A stretch of DNA of 64,000 bases. It comes from Clostridia bacterium (GTDB lineage Bacteria; Bacillota; Clostridia; Oscillospirales; CAG-272). Below are positions 37,375 to 47,020 of this stretch, in pieces. The position numbers and the translations under genes were made by a program. The stretch spans positions 1,275-65,274 of the forward strand of contig JAFTRA010000006.1 in NCBI GenBank assembly GCA_017462485.1. The letters are read 5' to 3'. Position 1 is the first letter of the stretch; each line of letters begins with the position of its first letter. Below the pieces are notes generated by a model. That model had not been told where the DNA came from. It saw nothing but the letters and a program-made list of their open reading frames with translations, and ran no database searches.

Positions 37375-37400
37375 GCTGCCGCAAAAATAAATGCGGCAGC
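37375..37400. terminator. Hairpin terminator between the tRNA-Thr repeat region and the ATPase gene end
   Basis: The hairpin is GCTGCCGCA-AAAATAAA-TGCGGCAGC, followed by a T-run on the plus strand. It lies 17 nt from the ATPase stop. Confidence 0.55.
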
Positions 37401-37416
37401 CCGTTTTTTGATATTT

Positions 37417-39993
37417 TTAGCTTATTTTTTTGAATACTCTTCTGGCAATATCGAACGGAATTACACTTAAAGCAAGGAGAATAACGTTCAAAAGCTCACG
37501 AAAAGTCAGAGGCGCGCTTCTGAAAACCTCGCCGCCGAAATATATCATCAATATCTGTATAGTAGCTATTGCAGCCATTATCAGTAAGAACGGCTTGTTT
37601 TTAGACAGATTCGAGAAAAGCGAGAGCCTTTCGGAACGGGTATTGAAGCAATTAAACAATCCGGCAAACACGAACAAAGCATAAAAGCCCGTAAGGAAAT
37701 AGAGATTATTCTCTTCCGTTCTAAAAAGGGCTCGGAAGAAGTCAAGCTTTAGGAACATCACACATAAAAGAAGAGTATATGAGCCGGTAATCAATATTTG
37801 AGTAAGCATTTCACGCGAGAGAATCTTCTCTTCCCTTGACTTCGGCATTTCCATCATATAGTACTCAAGCGGAGCTTCTCCCGCAAACGCCAAACCGCCA
37901 AGCGTATCCATAATTATATTTATCCATAGCATCTGGATAATGGTTATAGGATTCTCTATCCCTATAAACTGACCTATAAGCGAAACTCCGCAGGCAGTTA
38001 TATTCATCATAAGCTGAAACGATATAAATTTTCTTATAGATTTGAATATCGTTCTTCCGTACAGAACGGTTTTTGATATTGCGGTAAGACTATTATCCAA
38101 AATAACTATATCTGCGGCGCTTTTGGCAATATCCGTGCCGCTTCCCATAGCAAAGCCGACGTCGGCAAGCTTCAGCGAGGGAGCGTCGTTTATTCCGTCA
38201 CCCGTCATTCCTACGACGAGTCCCAACTCCTGAGAAAGCCTTACGAGCCTACTTTTATCCCTTGGGAGCGCTCTTGCGACAACGTATAGCGACGGTATTA
38301 GTGCTTTAAGCTCATCATCACTCATTTTTTCGATTTCATCGTGCGTAAGGACACCTCGGTCTATGCCTCTCGGCATAATTCCGCACTCCTTCGCTATAGC
38401 GACGGCTGTTTCCCTTCCGTCACCCGTTATCATAACGATGCGAACGCCTGCCGAGAGCGTTTTTTCAACAGCTTCTCTGACACCCGAGCGAAGCTTATCC
38501 TTAAGAACAGCAAGAGCGAGAAATACACGCTCAGCATCCTTTTCAATACATATCGCAATAACACGCTCGCCCAAAGAGGCGCACTCTTTATATTTTTTGA
38601 AGATATCCGTCATAGAAACTAGAATTTTTCTTCCCGCGGAATCAACCGCGTATTTGCAAGGCGGCAGAACTATTTCGGGAGCTCCTTTTATAACTCTTTC
38701 CCCCGTTGCAAGCGTTACAGATGAGTATTTTTTATCGCTGCTGAACTTTGTGACGTCAACGATTTTCCCACTTTCAAGAGCTTCCGACTCGAAAAATTCG
38801 AAAAGAGCCTTATCCGTGCTGTTTCCGCTTTTTTCCATCTCTAAATCTGATGCGCCTTTTTTAGAGCTTATATTGATAAATTTATATACGTACTGGTTTT
38901 TTTTTAGACTTTTTGCGCTCTTATATACCGAGTCGTAGGTAATTATTCTGTCCACCGAGGTTTTTCCGGTGGTCAAGGTTCCCGTTTTATCGGTAAAAAG
39001 TATGTTCATTGAGCCCGCGGTTTCTATTCCGACTAGCTTTTTGACCATAACGTTATCGCTTAGCATCCTTTTCATATTTGCGGAAAGGACAACGGTTATC
39101 ATCATTGGCAGCCCCTCGGGAACGGCAACTACGACAACGGTTATCATAAGCGTTAAGGCGTGCGTCAGCGTGCTTACAACAAACGGAATATTCTTAAAGG
39201 ATTCGAATATTTTTTCTCCTGAATATCCGTTATCCGAAACAAAGCTGAAAAAGAGGTAAACAAAGCCTACGAGCGCCGCCATAAAATAACCTATCTTGCT
39301 TATCTGCGACGCAAGCTCACCAAGCCTTAATTTCAGAGGGCTTTCACGGGTTTCCGCTTGAACGTCCTTTGCAACCATTCCGTAGTAGGTATCCTTACCG
39401 ACCTTATTCACCTTGACAAGTCCTTCACCGTTGCACACCAGCGAGCCACGAAAAACGTCTTTTTCCGAAGAAAAATCGCCTTTTTTTGATTTTCCGCCCG
39501 AAAATTTCGACGTTTCAACGCCCTCACCGTTGAGCGCGGATTGGTCAACCGATATTTTGCCATCTATGATTTCACCGTCGGCAAAAACGCAATCTCCTGC
39601 CTCTACACGCAATACGTCTCCGACGACTATATCGTTAACGGGTATTTCGCAAATGATTCCGTCACGTATAACACTTGCGCGAGCAGCATTGTTTTCCTCT
39701 TCCATTCGAAGAAATGCTTTCTCGCTTCCATATTCGGATACGGTCGAAACAGTTGTGGCTATCAGAACGGCCGCAATAATTCCTCCTACTTCCAGCCAAT
39801 TACACCGCCCCAGAGTAACTACCACCTCCAAAAGCACGGCAAAAATCAGCACCTTAATTATAGGGTCGGATAGATTTTCAAGGAATTTGCGAAAAAAGCT
39901 CTTTGTTTTCTCTCTCGCTAGCGAGTTGTCTCCGTGCTTTTCTCTTGCTAGTATGACCTCACTCGACGACAAACCTTTTATGTTCTTTATCAT
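37417..39993 (-). CDS. Cation-translocating P-type ATPase (P2, Ca2+-type)
   Basis: The phosphorylation site is FTDKTGTLT. Also present are MITGDGRETA and the hinge MTGDGINDAPSLK. There are about 10 transmembrane segments in 858 aa. Confidence 0.88.
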   Translation of the reverse strand: MIKNIKGLSSSEVILAREKHGDNSLAREKTKSFFRKFLENLSDPIIKVLIFAVLLEVVVTLGRCNWLEVGGIIAAVLIATTVSTVSEYGSEKAFLRMEEENNAARASVIRDGIICEIPVNDIVVGDVLRVEAGDCVFADGEIIDGKISVDQSALNGEGVETSKFSGGKSKKGDFSSEKDVFRGSLVCNGEGLVKVNKVGKDTYYGMVAKDVQAETRESPLKLRLGELASQISKIGYFMAALVGFVYLFFSFVSDNGYSGEKIFESFKNIPFVVSTLTHALTLMITVVVVAVPEGLPMMITVVLSANMKRMLSDNVMVKKLVGIETAGSMNILFTDKTGTLTTGKTSVDRIITYDSVYKSAKSLKKNQYVYKFINISSKKGASDLEMEKSGNSTDKALFEFFESEALESGKIVDVTKFSSDKKYSSVTLATGERVIKGAPEIVLPPCKYAVDSAGRKILVSMTDIFKKYKECASLGERVIAICIEKDAERVFLALAVLKDKLRSGVREAVEKTLSAGVRIVMITGDGRETAVAIAKECGIMPRGIDRGVLTHDEIEKMSDDELKALIPSLYVVARALPRDKSRLVRLSQELGLVVGMTGDGINDAPSLKLADVGFAMGSGTDIAKSAADIVILDNSLTAISKTVLYGRTIFKSIRKFISFQLMMNITACGVSLIGQFIGIENPITIIQMLWINIIMDTLGGLAFAGEAPLEYYMMEMPKSREEKILSREMLTQILITGSYTLLLCVMFLKLDFFRALFRTEENNLYFLTGFYALFVFAGLFNCFNTRSERLSLFSNLSKNKPFLLIMAAIATIQILMIYFGGEVFRSAPLTFRELLNVILLALSVIPFDIARRVFKKIS

Positions 39994-40052
39994 TTTTTCC
40001 TCCGCACATTTTCGTATTTATTTAAATATATGAATAGTGGGATTGTAAAATG

Positions 40053-40085
40053 AAAAGAGCCTGCGAAAATTCGCAAGCTCTTTTT
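40053..40085 (-). terminator. Intrinsic terminator about 60 nt upstream of the ATPase start, which is also the 3' end of the candidate RNA
   Basis: The minus strand reads AAAAAGAGCTTGCG-AATTTT-CGCAGGCTCTTTTC, followed by ATTTT. Confidence 0.6.
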
Positions 40086-40093
40086 AAAATAAA

Positions 40094-40292
40094 CCCGCAT
40101 AGGCCGTGTACAGCAAAAGTTTAACCCTGTTTGTACAGGTGGGTGCTCTCTCGGTTGCTTTGCGCTTCCAACGTCTCTCATAAGGGGTATAAAAACAGCC
40201 TTATTTGAGGAGGCCTGCATCCCGACAACCGAAGCCCAAGCTCCCCGGCAATGTGTGTAGGTCCAAATATGCCATATCACGCACCTCGCAGG
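40094..40292 (-). ncRNA. Candidate structured RNA of about 199 nt, either 6S-like or a cis-regulatory leader of the ATPase gene
   Basis: The 5' CCUGCGAGGUGCGUG pairs with the 3' CACGGCCUAUGCGGG at 12 of 15 positions, GU pairs included. The imperfect helix continues through UUUGGACCU/GGGUUAAA. There is an internal 9-bp helix CUUCGGUUG/CAACCGAGAG. A small hairpin, CCUGU-ACAA-ACAGG, sits on the 3' side of an internal loop. A U-tract and a terminator follow. No credible ORF is present. Confidence 0.4.
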
Positions 40293-40306
40293 AAATCCTG
40301 ATTCAA

Positions 40307-40618
40307 TTACTGCTCGTCGTAATCAACTTCGCTGAAAAGAAGATCGTTGAAATAGTCCTCTACCTTTTCAAATACGTCATCATCCTCGATAGTTTCAAGC
40401 ACGATATCGTCACCGTCCTCACGGTATTCGAGAATAATATACTCGTCTGTCTCCACGTTTGCTTCAACGAGAGCGAAATAGTTCTTATCATCAACAGTCC
40501 CCTGCGCTATTACCTCGAAATCCTGATCCTCGCCGGTCTCTTCGTCGGTAAGAGTGATTATCCAGGGCTCTTCTGTTTCAAAATTCAAGTTCTTGTTTTC
40601 TTCCATGATGTTCTCCAT
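40307..40618 (-). CDS. DUF1292-family small acidic protein
   Basis: The highly acidic 103-aa product contains ITLTDEETGEDQDFEVIAQGTVDDKNYFALVE...EYIILEY, which is typical of the Firmicute DUF1292 family. Confidence 0.7.
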   Translation of the reverse strand: MENIMEENKNLNFETEEPWIITLTDEETGEDQDFEVIAQGTVDDKNYFALVEANVETDEYIILEYREDGDDIVLETIEDDDVFEKVEDYFNDLLFSEVDYDEQ

Positions 40619-40682
40619 TCCTATGTATATTTTATTACCATTTAAATTATATCCCAGAGCATACCGTTTGTCAAGAGGAAAA

Positions 40683-41804
40683 TTAAAGAAGCTCCGAGAG
40701 GATAGAATTGCTCACATAAAAGCCTTTATAAGTAAGAAAAATTCTATCTTCCCTAATTTCAATCAAGCCTTTTTTTGAAAACAGGTCAAGCTCTTTTTCT
40801 TTTCCCTCGGCAAAGCGTTTGCCGAAAATGCGCTCGTATTCGGACAGAGAAAATCCCTCTTTCAGACGAAGCGCAAGCATTGCGTATTCAAACGGGTCCT
40901 TTAACTGCTCTTTTTCTTTACAGTTATAGTTTGCCGAGTCCGACGCAAAATATTCGTCAAAGCTCGAGCTGTTCCCGTATCTTTTTCCTCTGTAGTAGGA
41001 ATAAGCCGCAAGACCTACTCCGATATACTCCTCGTCTCTCCAATACTTGAGGTTATGGCGGCATTCAAATCCGTCCTTCGCATAGTTAGAAATCTCATAG
41101 TGAGAATAACCCGCAAGGGCAAGCTTTTCGTGCGCCGTAGCGTACATTTCATACTCTTCGTCCTCATCGGGAAGCGGTAAGCTTTTTCGCTCTTCAAAGA
41201 ACGGCGTTCCCTCTTCAACGATAAGTCCGTAGCAAGAGACGTGCTCGGGTGAGAGCATAATTATTTTGTCAAGAGTCTTCTCAAAGGAGTCCTTTGTCTG
41301 ATATGGAATTCCGTACATCAGGTCAACGCTGATATTCTTAAATCCGGCATCTCGGAGAGCCTTATAGGTGTTTTCAAAATCTGCAACATTGTGAATTCTG
41401 CCTAACTTTTTCAGCTCAATTTCGTGAATCGACTGAACTCCGATACTAATTCTGTTTACACCGGCTTCTTTATACGCCAATATTTTTTCGTCACTCAGGG
41501 TGGCGGGATTCACCTCGACGGTAAACTCTGCATCGGGTAAAATTTCAAAGCTTTCTTTGATTGTCGAGACGATTTTCAAAAAACGTTCTCCCGATAACAG
41601 AGACGGTGTTCCTCCACCGAAAAAGACGGTGTTAATTTTGATTTTTTCATTCGAGCGATAGCTCTCGATTTCGGATATCAAACGAGCGACGTATTTATCA
41701 ATTTTCGACTCTCCAGCCGCCTCCGACGCAAAATCGCAATAATTACATTTGCGAACGCAGAACGGAATATGAACGTAGAGCCCAAGCCCTTTAGTTTCCA
41801 TCAT
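40683..41804 (-). CDS. hemW: Radical SAM heme chaperone HemW (coproporphyrinogen III oxidase-like)
   Basis: The radical SAM motif is [14 protein letters not shown]. It has the conserved position downstream of lepA, with a 14-nt overlap. Confidence 0.88.
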   Translation of the reverse strand: MMETKGLGLYVHIPFCVRKCNYCDFASEAAGESKIDKYVARLISEIESYRSNEKIKINTVFFGGGTPSLLSGERFLKIVSTIKESFEILPDAEFTVEVNPATLSDEKILAYKEAGVNRISIGVQSIHEIELKKLGRIHNVADFENTYKALRDAGFKNISVDLMYGIPYQTKDSFEKTLDKIIMLSPEHVSCYGLIVEEGTPFFEERKSLPLPDEDEEYEMYATAHEKLALAGYSHYEISNYAKDGFECRHNLKYWRDEEYIGVGLAAYSYYRGKRYGNSSSFDEYFASDSANYNCKEKEQLKDPFEYAMLALRLKEGFSLSEYERIFGKRFAEGKEKELDLFSKKGLIEIREDRIFLTYKGFYVSNSILSELL

Positions 41805-43605
41805 CGAGCTTAAGAACCGCCATAAACGCTTCGGGCGTTACTTCTACGCTACCAAGCTTACGCATTTTCTTTTTACCCTCTTTCTGCTTTTCGAGCAGCT
41901 TCTTTTTACGGGTGATATCACCGCCGTAGCATTTTGCAAGCACGTCCTTACGCATAGCCTTAACCGTTTCTCGTGCAATAATTTTAGAGCCTATCGCTGC
42001 CTGAATCGGTATTTCGAAGAGCTGGCGCGGTATATTTTCCTTAAGCTTTTCGGCAATCTTTCTAGCTCTTCCGTAAGCTCTTTCCTCAAAGACTATGAAC
42101 GAAAGCGCATCGACAACCTCACCGTTAAGCATAAAGTCAAGCTTACAAAGCTTCGATGACTGATAATCCTTAAGCTCGTAATCGAGAGACGCATATCCTT
42201 TTGAGCGACTCTTCAAGGCATCAAAGAAATCGTATATAATTTCGTTGAGTGGCAATTCATAGTGAATTTCAACCCTCTCAGTGTCGATATACTTCATATC
42301 AATGAAGTTGCCTCGTCTATCCTGGCAAAGCTCCATTATGCCTCCGATATATTCGGTTGGCGAAATAACGGAAGCTTTCATAATAGGCTCGTAAGCCGTG
42401 TCAATTTCATCGGGAGATGGGAACTTCGAGGGGTTGTCTATAAGTATCTCTTCCCCGTTTTTCAAAAGCACCTTATATATAACTGACGGAGCGGTGGTTA
42501 TAAGGTCCAAATTGAACTCACGCTCAAGGCGCTCCTCGATAATCTCCATATGCAAAAGTCCGAGGAATCCGCAACGGAAGCCAAATCCAAGCGCAACCGA
42601 GGTTTCAGGCTCAAATACGAGCGCTGCATCGTTGAGCTGAAGCTTTTCAAGAGCATCACGCAAATCACCGTATCTTGCGCCGTCCGCGGGATATATACCC
42701 GAGTAAACCATAGGGTGAACCTCTCTGAAGCCGTCAAGCGGAGCATCCGCTTCTCTTTCGACACCTGTGACGGTATCGCCCACTTTAGTATCGCTTATGG
42801 TCTTTATTGCCGCTGTGAAGTATCCAACGTCGCCTGCGGAAAGCTTATCGCACTTTTTGAGTCCGAACGGCTGCATCGTACCAACCTCGCACACGTCGAA
42901 TACACCGCCCTGGGACATAAGCTTCACTCTGTCTCCTGCCTTAATTTTGCCATCAAAGAGTCTTATATAAACCACGACTCCGAGATACGGGTCGTAGTGG
43001 GAATCAAAGATAAGCGCTTTGAGAGGAGCTTCGGTGTCTCCCTCGGGCGCAGGGATATCGGTTATTATTTTTTCAAGAACGTCTTCTATATTGATACCGT
43101 TCTTTGCCGAAACGGCGGGACAATCCTCCGCCGGAATACCGATAATATCCTCTATTTCACGTCTTGAGCCCTCGATATCCGCACTTGCAAGGTCGATTTT
43201 ATTGATTACGGGCAATATTTCAAGATTGTTATCTATCGCAAGATATGCGTTAGCTAAGGTCTGCGCCTCGACGCCCTGCGTAGCGTCAACTACGAGTAAT
43301 GCGCCCTCGCAAGCCTTAAGAGACCTTGAAACCTCGTATCCAAAGTCAACGTGACCGGGAGTGTCAATAAGGTTAAACTCGTATTCCTCGCCGGCTTTCG
43401 ATACATAATTAAGCTTTACGGCGCGGGCTTTTATTGTTATTCCTCTTTCCCTCTCAAGATCCATATTGTCAAGAATCTGCTCTTCCATATCACGAACGGC
43501 AACTGTACGTGTCTTTTCAAGAATTCTGTCAGCCAAGGTGGATTTACCGTGGTCAATATGGGCTATTATGGAAAAGTTTCTTATGTGATTTTGTTTTTCT
43601 GTCAC
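41791..43605 (-). CDS. lepA: Translation elongation factor 4
   Basis: Contains [28 protein letters not shown] and NKIDL. The LepA C-terminal domain is present, in 604 aa. Confidence 0.97.
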   Translation of the reverse strand: MTEKQNHIRNFSIIAHIDHGKSTLADRILEKTRTVAVRDMEEQILDNMDLERERGITIKARAVKLNYVSKAGEEYEFNLIDTPGHVDFGYEVSRSLKACEGALLVVDATQGVEAQTLANAYLAIDNNLEILPVINKIDLASADIEGSRREIEDIIGIPAEDCPAVSAKNGINIEDVLEKIITDIPAPEGDTEAPLKALIFDSHYDPYLGVVVYIRLFDGKIKAGDRVKLMSQGGVFDVCEVGTMQPFGLKKCDKLSAGDVGYFTAAIKTISDTKVGDTVTGVEREADAPLDGFREVHPMVYSGIYPADGARYGDLRDALEKLQLNDAALVFEPETSVALGFGFRCGFLGLLHMEIIEERLEREFNLDLITTAPSVIYKVLLKNGEEILIDNPSKFPSPDEIDTAYEPIMKASVISPTEYIGGIMELCQDRRGNFIDMKYIDTERVEIHYELPLNEIIYDFFDALKSRSKGYASLDYELKDYQSSKLCKLDFMLNGEVVDALSFIVFEERAYGRARKIAEKLKENIPRQLFEIPIQAAIGSKIIARETVKAMRKDVLAKCYGGDITRKKKLLEKQKEGKKKMRKLGSVEVTPEAFMAVLKLDDGN

Positions 43606-43661
43606 TTTCTTTATTCCTGTTCTGTCCTAAGAGAATTTTTAAATTCCCCTAGGATAAAATT

Positions 43662-45401
43662 TTAAAATTCAGCTATTCCTTTAGCGTCAGCTGCGTATGC
43701 TTCGATTTTTTCGTCAAGCGACGCCTTGTCGCTTGCGTGAGCAAGGATATATATTTTGATTTTAGGCTCTGTTCCTGAGGGACGAACTACTATCTTATCT
43801 CCGTTATCCAGAACGTAATAGAGAACGTCGGCGGGCTGAAGTCCCGTGGATTCAGTAGTGTTTTCCTTAATATATCTTATCTCACCGCTCTTATAGTCAC
43901 GCGCTTCGCTCACCGATGCAGGTCCAAAGCTTTCGGGAATATTATCGCGGAGCGACTGCATAACGCGCTTACGCTTTTCTATGCCGTCAAGTCCTTCCAT
44001 ATATATGTCAATTGTGCGCTCACCGTAGAAGCCGTAGGTTTCGTAAAGCTTTTCGAGTGCGTCGATAAGAGTCATATTCTGCTTTTTGTAGTAAGCCGTC
44101 ATTTCAAGAATCATCATAGAAGCTCCTACGGCATCCTTATCTCTGGCGTATGAGCCGAGCAAATATCCGTAGCTCTCCTCAAAGCCGAGAATAAAGGCAT
44201 CAGCCTCGCCCTCTGCCTCATAAGACTTGATTACCTCGCCTATGAACTTGAAGCCGGTATATACGTCGTAAAGCTTAACTCCCTGCACCTCTGCAATTTT
44301 ATAAGCCATATCGGTGGATACTATGCTTTTTACCGCAAATGCGTTGGGCTTAAGCTTGCCCGTAGCCTTTTTCTGACCTATTGCGTAGTCAAGAAGAAGA
44401 GCGCCCATCTGGTTACCGTTGATGGTTTTGAAGCTTCCGTCCTTACCTCTTGCCATAACTCCAACTCTGTCTGCATCAGGGTCGGTAGCGATTATAAGGT
44501 CTGAGCCTACCTCGTTTGCTATATTTATGCCGTCTTCAAAGACGTTCGCATACTCGGGGTTGGGCTTTTCTACCGTCGGGAAATCACCGTCGGGAGTCAT
44601 CTGCGAATCAACCGTATAAAGATGCTTAAGACCGATTCTCTTAAGAATTGCGGGAACAAGCTTGCAGCCTGCTCCGTGAAGAGGAGTGTATACTACCTTA
44701 AGCTCGCTTGCTACGTCTGATACGAGACCGCCGTTGATAGAGGTCGCAAGAACTGCGTGGAGATAGTGCTTATCAAAGCTTTCGTCGAGAACGGTTATAA
44801 GTCCCTCCGCTACGCCCTCGTCAAAGTAATTCATACCCGTAACGTCGAGAACGTTGAACTTTTCCCTCTCGGACGAAACTATCTTCGCCTGCTCGGGATT
44901 AATCTGCGCTCCGTCCTCCCAATAAGCCTTGTAGCCGTTGTATTCCTTGGGGTTATGCGAAGCGGTGATATTTATACCCGCAAGAGCGCCGAAGTATCTT
45001 ACCGCAAACGAAAGCTCGGGCGTAGGTCTCAAGCTGTTGAATATATACACCTTGATTCCCTCTGACGCAAGAATAGAGGCGCTTATACGAGCGAATTCCT
45101 CCGAGTGATTTCTTGAGTCGTACGCTATCGCAACGCCTCTCTTCTCACCCTCTGCCGCCTTGACAAGCGCGGCGATTCCTCTCGTCGTCTGCGCAACGGT
45201 GAATCGGTTCATACAGCCGATACCCATATACATAGTCGAGCGCAAGCCCGCAGTTCCGAAATCCATAGGAGCGGAAAAACGCATAGCCTTAAGCTCTTCA
45301 TTCTTCAATATACCGTAAAGCTCGTCCTTTTCTTCATCCGTAAGCGCCTCGGAGAGAAGCCACTTCTGATACTCGTAATTGTAAGCGTTATTGTAATTCA
45401 T
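43662..45401 (-). CDS. pgcA: Phospho-sugar mutase (alpha-phosphoglucomutase type)
   Basis: The active-site loop is TASHNPKEYNGYK and the metal-binding loop is ATDPDADR. The protein is 579 aa. Confidence 0.88.
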   Translation of the reverse strand: MNYNNAYNYEYQKWLLSEALTDEEKDELYGILKNEELKAMRFSAPMDFGTAGLRSTMYMGIGCMNRFTVAQTTRGIAALVKAAEGEKRGVAIAYDSRNHSEEFARISASILASEGIKVYIFNSLRPTPELSFAVRYFGALAGINITASHNPKEYNGYKAYWEDGAQINPEQAKIVSSEREKFNVLDVTGMNYFDEGVAEGLITVLDESFDKHYLHAVLATSINGGLVSDVASELKVVYTPLHGAGCKLVPAILKRIGLKHLYTVDSQMTPDGDFPTVEKPNPEYANVFEDGINIANEVGSDLIIATDPDADRVGVMARGKDGSFKTINGNQMGALLLDYAIGQKKATGKLKPNAFAVKSIVSTDMAYKIAEVQGVKLYDVYTGFKFIGEVIKSYEAEGEADAFILGFEESYGYLLGSYARDKDAVGASMMILEMTAYYKKQNMTLIDALEKLYETYGFYGERTIDIYMEGLDGIEKRKRVMQSLRDNIPESFGPASVSEARDYKSGEIRYIKENTTESTGLQPADVLYYVLDNGDKIVVRPSGTEPKIKIYILAHASDKASLDEKIEAYAADAKGIAEF

Positions 45402-45495
45402 AAAAACCTCCGTTCTGCCGCCTTCGGCGACCGTACAAAATTAGTTTACCGTAATATCACGGCGTGAAATTAAGCCTTTAAATATTTCCTTCAAA

Positions 45496-45753
45496 TCAAA
45501 CAGATTTCATCGCTTCCTCAATAGCTTTAGCCAACTGGTCGGGGCAAGAGGTCGTTTTAAATCCACATCTTATACCCTTTAGCCTTTCGACAACCTCGTC
45601 GGCCTTCATACCCTTTACCAAGCCGGCAATTCCCGCGGTATTACCTGCGCAGCCTCCCACGAAGGAGCAATCGGTTACGATACCGTCCTCGATATCGAGT
45701 ATAACCATTCTCGAGCAAGTCCCTTTCGTCTTATACTCTATGTGCTGTTTCAT
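45496..45753 (-). CDS. TSCPD-domain small protein (TIGR03905-like)
   Basis: The 85-aa product contains GTCSRMV, GGCAGNTAGIAGL and the C-terminal KTTSCPDQLAKAI. Confidence 0.7.
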   Translation of the reverse strand: MKQHIEYKTKGTCSRMVILDIEDGIVTDCSFVGGCAGNTAGIAGLVKGMKADEVVERLKGIRCGFKTTSCPDQLAKAIEEAMKSV

Positions 45754-45766
45754 CGTTAAATACCTC

Positions 45767-46720
45767 TCATTCTATATTTTTATAAATACCCATCGCAGAG
45801 TACGTATCGGCAAAAATCGAAAGATAAGTGAGAAGCTCGGTAAAGGAGCTGCCGCCATCCTTCAGTATTACCGAAAAATATGAATTTTCATTCTCACGTT
45901 CATCCTCAAAGGTGTTTATTCTGAAAACGGATAATCCAAAATATTCCGAAACCGTCAAAAGCTCGCCAAGCGAAACAGACGAATCGCAGCTTACGTTAAT
46001 TTCAAGATATCTGTCCGTATTTTCGCTTATTTCGGGAATTTTGAAGCCCCTACTGACAAGCGCATACTTCATATCCGCCGTTCCCTCAAATCCGAAAACG
46101 GGAGTTACCGCTACGATTTTCAAATCCAGCCTTGATATAAGATTATAAATGCCCGGTATTCTCATACCTGCGCGCTCTTCAAACGGCAAAATACAGTACC
46201 CGGCCTTTCCGTCGGCAACGGCGAAGCAGGCTTCCTTAAAGCTATCGGAATACAAAACCCTCGGTGAGTCAAATTCTTGCGAGAAAACGTCGTAAGCCTC
46301 GTCGGAAAGAGAGTTTCTTACGTAAATGAAGCTTTCCTTTGCTCCGCTCTCTTCAAGAAAGTCCTTTTCCGAAGCATTTATGCCATTATCCCTAAGCTTT
46401 TCTAACAGCAGCGTGGAAAAATTGGCTTTATCAACACCCTTTAAGAAGGACAAAAACCTCGCCACAGCTTTCCCGCTCTCGTTTGGAGAGCTATCTTCGG
46501 TCAACGAATTTTCAGCGCCAAGCTCATCTGACAGAAGCGCAGCAATTTCCGAAACGCTCATTCCGTCCTCAACCAGCGAGACGGCAGAGGCGGCTATTTT
46601 TTCCGCAGCAAAGCTCATTTCACAGATGCGCATTTCAAGATTCTCACCCTGACGGCAGGAAAGATACGAAAGGTTTTCATCTGTTACACTGCTTATCTCG
46701 AAAATCCGCTCTTCTCTCAT
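45767..46720 (-). CDS. Hypothetical protein with a divergent prephenate-dehydratase/ACT-like C-terminal half
   Basis: Weak resemblance only. FAVADGKAGYCILPFEERAGMRIPGIYNLI compares with the PDT segment aV..g.adygvvPiENs.eG.v. The tail (YFSVILKDGGS) is ACT-like. Confidence 0.35.
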   Translation of the reverse strand: MREERIFEISSVTDENLSYLSCRQGENLEMRICEMSFAAEKIAASAVSLVEDGMSVSEIAALLSDELGAENSLTEDSSPNESGKAVARFLSFLKGVDKANFSTLLLEKLRDNGINASEKDFLEESGAKESFIYVRNSLSDEAYDVFSQEFDSPRVLYSDSFKEACFAVADGKAGYCILPFEERAGMRIPGIYNLISRLDLKIVAVTPVFGFEGTADMKYALVSRGFKIPEISENTDRYLEINVSCDSSVSLGELLTVSEYFGLSVFRINTFEDERENENSYFSVILKDGGSSFTELLTYLSIFADTYSAMGIYKNIE

Positions 46721-46847
46721 AGCTCTGCCTCTCTTTCACTAAAAGTCGCTATTCTCGCATAAAATATTTTACCAGATAAATTATACAACATCATACGCTA
46801 AATTACAATAGACATTTTTATTTTTCCAAAAAATTTCTTAAAAGATA

Positions 46848-46876
46848 TTGATTTTTTCCTCTTTCTATGATATAAT
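46848..46876 (+). promoter_or_regulatory. Sigma-A promoter of tRNA-Leu
   Basis: TTGATT, a 17-nt spacer, then TATAAT. Confidence 0.6.
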
Positions 46877-46897
46877 CTTCGTTGTGTTAAGAAATAT

Positions 46898-46984
46898 GCC
46901 GGTGTGGTGGAATTGGCAGACGCCCGGGACTCAAAATCCCGTGTTCGCAAGGACGTGCGGGTTCGACCCCCGCCACCGGCACCA
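46898..46984 (+). tRNA. tRNA-Leu (anticodon CAA), class II with long variable arm, CCA encoded
   Basis: The acceptor stem is GCCGGTG/CACCGGC, the anticodon arm is CGGGA-CTCAAAA-TCCCG, the variable arm is TGTTCGCAAGGACGT and the T arm is GCGGG-TTCGACC-CCCGC. The discriminator is A, followed by CCA. Confidence 0.95.
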
Positions 46985-46989
46985 AAAAA

Positions 46990-47017
46990 GTCGTATCATC
47001 CTGGTACGACTTTTTTT
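46990..47017 (+). terminator. Intrinsic terminator after tRNA-Leu
   Basis: The hairpin is GTCGTA-loop-TACGAC, followed by TTTTTTT. Confidence 0.65.
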
Positions 47018-47020
47018 ATC

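Noticed and set aside
36317-37416. An intact prophage or integrative element inserted at tRNA-Thr.
   Set aside because: There is no integrase, recombinase or phage gene between the tRNA and the ATPase gene. The inter-repeat segments are only about 115 and 390 bp, so only remnants or miniature elements are plausible.
39990-40280. A 96-aa minus-strand ORF upstream of the ATPase gene.
   Set aside because: It overlaps the terminator and the structured-RNA candidate. It has no RBS and a Trp/Cys/His-rich improbable composition.
40094-40292. Possible yybP-ykoY (Mn2+) riboswitch or SRP RNA, considered because of the downstream P-type ATPase and the ffh gene in the window.
   Set aside because: The conserved yybP-ykoY cores (GGGGAGUAG and UUGACAUA...AGCAAGACC) are absent. 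So is the SRP domain IV motif (GUCAGGUCCGGAAGGAAGCAGC).
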